IMG/VR virus record: IMGVR_UViG_3300023192_000859
Coordinates: 1 to 6,015 of that record
Reading direction: 5' to 3' (one strand)
Length of the DNA stretch: 6,015 nucleotides
The first letter of the stretch is position 1. Each line of letters starts with the position of its first letter. The notes under the pieces are model-generated. The model worked only from the letters and a program-made list of their open reading frames with translations. It ran no database searches and had not been told where the DNA came from. The position numbers and the translations under genes are program-made. Shown one piece after another: positions 1-3,967 of the stretch.

Positions 1-354
1 CCCTACAAATTTTCCATTTAGTTTCAGAAAACTCTTTGCAATTTCTCTCAACATATATAAATCTGTAGGTGTTACTGGTATTGGTTGTTCGGTTCCACTT
101 TCATAGTCCTCATCAGTAACTTGTAAGACTGCCATCCCTATCTTATCTAACAAATCTACGGGGGCCGGTAAGCCAGCAGTAGCTGTGATGGGAACTACCG
201 TTGTGAAATTCTCTGCCCGTCCATCTTTCTCAATCATCATAGTTAATCTATCATCTATAAACAATACTTCATCTCTGGTAAGGCGAAGAATCTTAAGTTC
301 TTCTTCCTCACATTCTTCATGCCCACAATCAAAGGATTCATTATTTGTAGTCAT
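1..354 (-). CDS. Hypothetical protein, 3'-truncated by the window edge (>=118 aa; MTTNNESFDCGHEECEEEELKILRLTRDEVLFIDDRLTMMIEK...)
   Basis: Not in the ORF track. Hand translation is open from ATG 354 to position 1. The ATG overlaps the upstream TGA (ATGA coupling) and follows GAAGGTGA. Confidence 0.8.
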   Translation of the reverse strand, partial: MTTNNESFDCGHEECEEEELKILRLTRDEVLFIDDRLTMMIEKDGRAENFTTVVPITATAGLPAPVDLLDKIGMAVLQVTDEDYESGTEQPIPVTPTDLYMLREIAKSFLKLNGKFVG

Positions 355-521
355 TCATCACCTTCTGTTTCCATGTTATCCCAAATAGCTTCTTTATCCC
401 GCCTAGCTTGTTTTATCTCCTTCTTTTTATATTTATCTTTCTGTGATGTTTCTTTAAAAAGAGGGAAAGATTTCTTTCTCTTTTTGTCTAGCTTGTTGTC
501 TCTATTCTCCCATTTATTCAT
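351..521 (-). CDS. Small Lys-rich hypothetical protein, 56 aa (MNKWENRDNKLDKKRKKSFPLFKETSQKDKYKKKEIKQARRDKEAIWDNMETEGDE)
   Basis: Hand translated. Fills the gap exactly: starts 2 nt after the stop at 524 and its TGA overlaps the next ATG. Confidence 0.7.
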   Translation of the reverse strand: MNKWENRDNKLDKKRKKSFPLFKETSQKDKYKKKEIKQARRDKEAIWDNMETEGDE

Positions 522-523
522 AA

Positions 524-679
524 CTATTTAACCATCCCTGGAATATCTACTGCTAAATACAATAGATTTTTATTAGGTCTTCCTCCTTTACAACTAGAGC
601 ATTGTTTTATTTTCTTGTCTGGCCCGTTGTCACAGATGATACAATAACCGAATCGCACAAGCATGTCAAGTCCTGGCAT
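524..679 (-). CDS. Small zinc-ribbon-like protein, 51 aa (MPGLDMLVRFGYCIICDNGPDKKIKQCSSCKGGRPNKNLLYLAVDIPGMVK)
   Basis: Hand translated. CIIC-x10-CSSC motif, AAGGA upstream of ATG 679, and it fills the gap between the trypsin gene and 351..521. Confidence 0.65.
   Translation of the reverse strand: MPGLDMLVRFGYCIICDNGPDKKIKQCSSCKGGRPNKNLLYLAVDIPGMVK
641..669 (-). promoter_or_regulatory. Possible internal sigma70-type promoter (TTGACA-17 nt-TATTGT)
   Basis: Perfect -35 at 664-669, 17-nt spacer, 4/6 -10 at 641-646. It lies inside a probable CDS, so it may be chance. Confidence 0.3.
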
Positions 680-707
680 TTTTCAATTTCCTTTGCTTCT
701 TCATACC

Positions 708-1532
708 TTAAGGACTCTCCCCTTTAGATTCAAACAAGAGATTCCGTAAAGCTTCATGCCTACGATTTTCTCTACGGACTTTCGCCTCATGATAATTATC
801 ACTATCGTCATACAAGAACTGTAGTTCTTGATGGTCAAAGAATTCATACAACCTTTCTGGGTGGGTACTAAACCCCATCCAGGTCATAATGTCTATACCG
901 AATCCAAGTTGGGTAGCAGTAATTCTAGATGTTAACCCTAACAAATGCCCGGTGTCTCCATGAAACAAACCTCCACCAGAGTTCCCGAATATGCTAGGAG
1001 CATTCTGCATCAGGTATGATTTCTGGTCAATGATTTCACGAAGATATGTTAGGTTACCTGGACTTGGGAAAGGGTCATGAAGTAAAGAACATCCACAAAC
1101 CCATACAGGATCAGTTACTTGTAGTTCTTTTATCTCTTCCTTAGGGATAATACTAGCTACATTCCTCATAGGTCTAGTATTGTTTAATTGCACCGCAGCT
1201 ATATCATGATGCTTATCATAAGCAATGATTTGTGCTGTAGTAGAATTAGCGGAGACTACTTTGCTCCTATCGTAATCAAAGACTTCAATACGAACTTCCT
1301 CTAGTACATCAGTCTTTACATCTTTCTTTAAGACGTTATCCCATTGTTCGGAAACTTTAATTGCTCCATCAATAACATGTTGACAAGTTAAAGCAATATT
1401 AATAAAATCACCTGGTTTATCAGGGTCTTCTTCACTATAAACTAAGACCCCACTTCCCCCTGCATTTCCTGCCAAGACTTTAGTAACGGGATACAAAACT
1501 TTCTCATGAATTTCTATCTGTGATAAACTCAT
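708..1532 (-). CDS. Trypsin-like (S1, HtrA/Trypsin_2-type) serine protease, no signal peptide or PDZ domain evident
   Basis: Motifs GSGVLV, LTCQH (His52), HDIAAVQL (Asp110), GNSGGGLF (Ser185) and LLGL. Strong RBS AGGAGG at 1540-1545. Confidence 0.93.
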   Translation of the reverse strand: MSLSQIEIHEKVLYPVTKVLAGNAGGSGVLVYSEEDPDKPGDFINIALTCQHVIDGAIKVSEQWDNVLKKDVKTDVLEEVRIEVFDYDRSKVVSANSTTAQIIAYDKHHDIAAVQLNNTRPMRNVASIIPKEEIKELQVTDPVWVCGCSLLHDPFPSPGNLTYLREIIDQKSYLMQNAPSIFGNSGGGLFHGDTGHLLGLTSRITATQLGFGIDIMTWMGFSTHPERLYEFFDHQELQFLYDDSDNYHEAKVRRENRRHEALRNLLFESKGESP

Positions 1533-1548
1533 ACTTATCCCTCCTAAT

Positions 1549-1731
1549 CTATTTTAATGTACGTACTATATCGGATATATTATCCAATTCTTTATTTAAA
1601 GCATTGGATATCACACTAATATTATACTCCAAAATTTCTATTTTAACCATCATTTTGTCAATCTTATTTTCAATTTCATCTACTCGTTTCGTATATTCTG
1701 AGTTAGATTGTACTAAATATGACATTACCAT
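1549..1731 (-). CDS. Small coiled-coil hypothetical protein, 60 aa
   Basis: Heptad pattern RVDEIENKIDKMMVKIEILE. Overlaps the upstream gene by 7 nt and fits the packing. Confidence 0.7.
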   Translation of the reverse strand: MVMSYLVQSNSEYTKRVDEIENKIDKMMVKIEILEYNISVISNALNKELDNISDIVRTLK

Positions 1732-2027
1732 AATTTCTCTACAGCTCCCACTGATTTTTTAACATATGTTCCTAACATAAATGCACATTGCATTAAGCTT
1801 CGTACTTCTGCTACCGACCACATGGCTGTTGGATATCCTTCAGTAGCACATTTATAACCTTGAGGTATAGAACAAAATAGCATATACAAAGCGGGGTCTA
1901 CCCCAGGCGCATGGAGTAAACGGAATGCTTCTTGATAAGAAGTTTCATCCATTGACCCCTCTAATAATTCTACGCCTAGGGAAAACCATTCAGGCATGGG
2001 GTTATTTCCATTTATATCTTTATTCAC
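1725..2027 (-). CDS. Hypothetical protein, 100 aa (GTG start; alternative ATG at 1997)
   Basis: ORF track. The GTG start overlaps the TGA of the 23-aa upstream peptide (GTGA coupling). No recognisable family. Confidence 0.75.
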   Translation of the reverse strand: MNKDINGNNPMPEWFSLGVELLEGSMDETSYQEAFRLLHAPGVDPALYMLFCSIPQGYKCATEGYPTAMWSVAEVRSLMQCAFMLGTYVKKSVGAVEKLW

Positions 2028-2095
2028 AATGCACTACAAACTACACCTACAAATACCATGACCCAAAAGAATCGTACTGGATTGTCAATGCTCAT
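2024..2095 (-). CDS. 23-aa single-transmembrane peptide (MSIDNPVRFFWVMVFVGVVCSAL)
   Basis: Hand translated. AGGAGG (2101-2106) 5 nt before ATG 2095, first ORF after a consensus promoter, stop overlaps the next start. Confidence 0.65.
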   Translation of the reverse strand: MSIDNPVRFFWVMVFVGVVCSAL

Positions 2096-2122
2096 GCCAA
2101 CCTCCTAAAATTGATTTCCATC

Positions 2123-2151
2123 AGCATAGCACACCCAGCAGAAGGGGTCAA
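2123..2151 (-). promoter_or_regulatory. Sigma70-type promoter (TTGACC-17 nt-TATGCT, extended -10 TG)
   Basis: -35 at 2146-2151, -10 at 2123-2128, TGC immediately before the -10, intergenic and followed by a strong RBS. Confidence 0.7.
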
Positions 2152-2158
2152 GTGGTTA

Positions 2159-2224
2159 GGGGCACCTTGATAGGTGCCCCCATAGGTGAGAATGAATCAC
2201 CTCCTTACTCCCTAAATAGGGAGT
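2159..2224. other. Three tandem stem-loops containing a perfect extended Shine-Dalgarno; structured RNA or atypical terminator/processing site
   Basis: Inverted repeats 2159-2167/2172-2180 (9 bp), 2184-2189/2197-2202 (6 bp) and 2207-2213/2218-2224 (7 bp). Minus-strand TAAGGAGGTGAT at 2196-2207. No U-tract. Confidence 0.7.
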
Positions 2225-2230
2225 TCTACT

Positions 2231-2698
2231 TTAAATTACAATAAATCCTGACTCACATTTATATAATCCCTTTCCCATTTGCTTAGTGACAATCATATCA
2301 TTTTGTGGTTCAAATAATTCGGCTGTGCCATCAGCGAAGACCACACAATTATAAGCGTGGCTCCCCGAATAGTCAACCACCAATCCCACATTGTTTAAAT
2401 GAAATCGCCTATCCATCCTAGCTTTAAAGCTAAAGGCAAAATTATCACAATCATATTTTTCTTTTACGAAACGTTTCTTGTCTGTCCAATCCCACCTGAT
2501 TATAGCATCGAAGTCAAGGCGAGTGCAAGTCCAATACTTATTGTCTAGAACTTTTCTCTTCATTCCCACATTCATTATCTTAGCATTAATTAATTGTTGT
2601 GCTATCCATACTGTATCATGTTCTACTAAAGGTTCTGATAATTCAGGTGGGGTAATTAACTTCTTTATAGCTAAAACTTTATTAGTTATTATTCCCAT
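2231..2698 (-). CDS. Papain/transglutaminase-like cysteine peptidase (resembles the MOA agglutinin C-terminal domain type)
   Basis: YDCDNFA (Cys84), SHAYN (His114) and LFEPQND (Glu130), with upstream DxxY motif (LDNKY). Overlaps the upstream gene by 10 nt. Confidence 0.8.
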   Translation of the reverse strand: MGIITNKVLAIKKLITPPELSEPLVEHDTVWIAQQLINAKIMNVGMKRKVLDNKYWTCTRLDFDAIIRWDWTDKKRFVKEKYDCDNFAFSFKARMDRRFHLNNVGLVVDYSGSHAYNCVVFADGTAELFEPQNDMIVTKQMGKGLYKCESGFIVI

Positions 2699-2886
2699 TT
2701 TTTAATAGCTTCTTCTAAATCATCTAGTATCTGCATAGCATCTTCCTGGTCTTTCTCTAAGACAGCAACTTTAGCCTTTAAGGTTACAATTTCTTGGACA
2801 TCAGAATATTGTTTAGTGTGGGTAGCTTCCATCTTAAGGAAGATGGTTTTAAGCCGCATGATTAAATCTAGTAAACGTTCAAGCAT
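2689..2886 (-). CDS. Coiled-coil hypothetical protein, 65 aa (start revised to ATG 2886, MLERLLDL...)
   Basis: GGGGGTGGG upstream of ATG 2886 and an 8-nt overlap with the upstream gene. Heptads IVTLKAKVAVLEKDQEDAMQILDDLEEAIKKW. Confidence 0.75.
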   Translation of the reverse strand: MLERLLDLIMRLKTIFLKMEATHTKQYSDVQEIVTLKAKVAVLEKDQEDAMQILDDLEEAIKKWE

Positions 2887-3199
2887 TTTTATTCCCACCC
2901 CCTGTTTTTTCAATTGCATGGTCTTTCAAGTCTTTAATGAGAGTAGTAAGAGCTTTATCTAAACTCCTTTTAGTAGTAGTTAGTTTGTCTGCTAGATCTA
3001 GATCTTCTTCAGCACTTAGCTTACGATCTCTAAGAGCATCTACAACTGCTATAACAATCATTCCCGTATCTCTTCCTGCATCCATAACATGAGTAACCGT
3101 TTCTTTGTATCTAGTCAAATTTTTCTTTACTATAAAAAACCCTAGTACATCCATCCCTACAAAAATAATCTTATTTAGTAGAGTTCTATTAACTACCAT
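2879..3199 (-). CDS. Helical hypothetical protein, 106 aa, moderately hydrophobic N-terminus (start revised to ATG 3199)
   Basis: AAGGAAGGAAG directly upstream of ATG 3199. Segment IIFVGMDVLGFFIV and motif VDALRDRKLSAEE, of the A-x2-D-x-K-I/L-T/S-x-E-E type often seen in small phage membrane-associated proteins. Confidence 0.75.
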   Translation of the reverse strand: MVVNRTLLNKIIFVGMDVLGFFIVKKNLTRYKETVTHVMDAGRDTGMIVIAVVDALRDRKLSAEEDLDLADKLTTTKRSLDKALTTLIKDLKDHAIEKTGGGNKNA

Positions 3200-3392
3200 C
3201 ACTTCCTTCCTTACAACTACAGTTACTGCCCCCACAAGAACACATATCTACAGACCACATATCAATCTTATTAGGACAATCACAGATGTCACATTCACAC
3301 TCACACCCTATTTCACACTCACATAAACCCTTTAATGAATACATATTATTTTCACAATCACAATCCGCAGGTACATCAAAATCAGTTGCCAT
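3189..3392 (-). CDS. Acidic Cys-rich metallothionein-like protein, 67 aa
   Basis: 13 Cys, all in CxC or CxCxC motifs, 15 Asp/Glu, no His. RBS AAGGAGTGGAG before ATG 3392. Confidence 0.75.
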   Translation of the reverse strand: MATDFDVPADCDCENNMYSLKGLCECEIGCECECDICDCPNKIDMWSVDMCSCGGSNCSCKEGSDGS

Positions 3393-3409
3393 TTCTCCAC
3401 TCCTTATTA

Positions 3410-3541
3410 TTACCTAAACTTTCCACCAGTATGAACAGTCTTACCTTGTTTATGGCATGGGCCACACATTGTTCCCGCTTTAGTAGTCTTAGCGTGTTGC
3501 TTTCTCTTACAACCAGGACATCTTACCCAACTCTTTTTCAT
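3410..3541 (-). CDS. Basic zinc-ribbon microprotein, 43 aa (MKKSWVRCPGCKRKQHAKTTKAGTMCGPCHKQGKTVHTGGKFR)
   Basis: Hand translated. CPGC-x14-CGPC, ATGA overlap with the upstream gene, GGAG upstream, ends in TAA TAA TAA. Confidence 0.75.
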   Translation of the reverse strand: MKKSWVRCPGCKRKQHAKTTKAGTMCGPCHKQGKTVHTGGKFR

Positions 3542-3690
3542 TTATCAGACTCCAAAACTTTCATTCCCAATGCCCCTAATAAAGTAATACACCCCGTAGT
3601 AATTTCAATATGCCCTAAATCTAAGGAGACTATTGCGATAACTCCTAAAATAATGATACATATCAAAATTTGGGGGCGTAAATTTTTCAT
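3538..3690 (-). CDS. Small two-helix membrane protein, 50 aa, holin-like topology (MKNLRPQILICIIILGVIAIVSLDLGHIEITTGCITLLGALGMKVLESDK)
   Basis: Hand translated. Two hydrophobic segments, basic N-terminus, charged C-terminus. Starts 3 nt after the upstream stop and its stop overlaps the next ATG. Confidence 0.75.
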   Translation of the reverse strand: MKNLRPQILICIIILGVIAIVSLDLGHIEITTGCITLLGALGMKVLESDK

Positions 3691-3693
3691 CCT

Positions 3694-3876
3694 CTAACCT
3701 ACGATATATAAATTATAATCGAACTTGTCATCTACGGATGGGGGTGGACAGCCATTGTTTGTCACATATGTATAATATGCCATAGAATAATGTTTGTGTT
3801 GTATTTTGCTTACTATACGAGCTAGTGCAATAAAAGTTCCCGCAACACCGATACCAAAACATATACTACCTATCAT
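3694..3876 (-). CDS. Small protein with N-terminal transmembrane anchor, 60 aa
   Basis: Hydrophobic residues 2-22 followed by basic residues. First ORF after the promoter. AGAAGGAGG at 3892-3900, with a long 15-nt spacing to the ATG. Confidence 0.6.
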   Translation of the reverse strand: MIGSICFGIGVAGTFIALARIVSKIQHKHYSMAYYTYVTNNGCPPPSVDDKFDYNLYIVG

Positions 3877-3918
3877 ATTCCTGTTATCAAACCTCCTTCT
3901 AACTTATGATGTTATTTA

Positions 3919-3946
3919 ATTATACACCAATTTAGAAGAAAGTCAA
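3919..3946 (-). promoter_or_regulatory. Sigma70-type promoter (TTGACT-16 nt-TATAAT)
   Basis: -35 at 3941-3946, perfect -10 at 3919-3924, AT-rich upstream, in the intergenic gap after the protease stop. Confidence 0.72.
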
Positions 3947-3967
3947 GCTTAATATTCTATATTGTGA

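Noticed and set aside
185-531. Plus-strand ORFs 185..388 and 319..531
   Set aside because: Antisense shadows of coupled minus-strand genes, with Ser/Phe/Leu-biased composition and no RBS.
666-704. 12-codon ORF MKKQRKLKNART after the trypsin stop
   Set aside because: Very short and overlaps the better-supported zinc-ribbon start at 679. Cannot be supported from sequence alone.
1520-2170. Plus-strand ORFs 1520..1762 and 1925..2170
   Set aside because: They lie antisense to minus-strand genes and a promoter, with no motifs or convincing RBS.
2196-2207. Plus-strand ATCACCTCCTTA as a 16S rRNA fragment
   Set aside because: Only 12 nt match the 16S 3' end and the flanks are not rRNA-like. It is better read as a minus-strand SD.
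2159-2224. tRNA, CRISPR repeat or classical intrinsic terminator
   Set aside because: No acceptor stem, T-loop or CCA, no repeated units with spacers, and no U-tract after any stem on either strand.
2879-3235. Track starts at 3235 and 2919
   Set aside because: Both give long overlaps without an RBS. ATG 3199 and ATG 2886 have SD-like sequences and short overlaps.
3410-3541. Calling the basic zinc ribbon a ribosomal protein (bL33, bL32 or eL42)
   Set aside because: Only generic charge and CxxC similarity. Family-specific motifs and spacing are not recognisable.
2478-3697. Plus-strand ORFs 2478..2705, 3105..3326 and 3335..3697
   Set aside because: The region is fully tiled by overlapping minus-strand genes with RBSs and motifs, including two short ORFs below the track's size cut-off.
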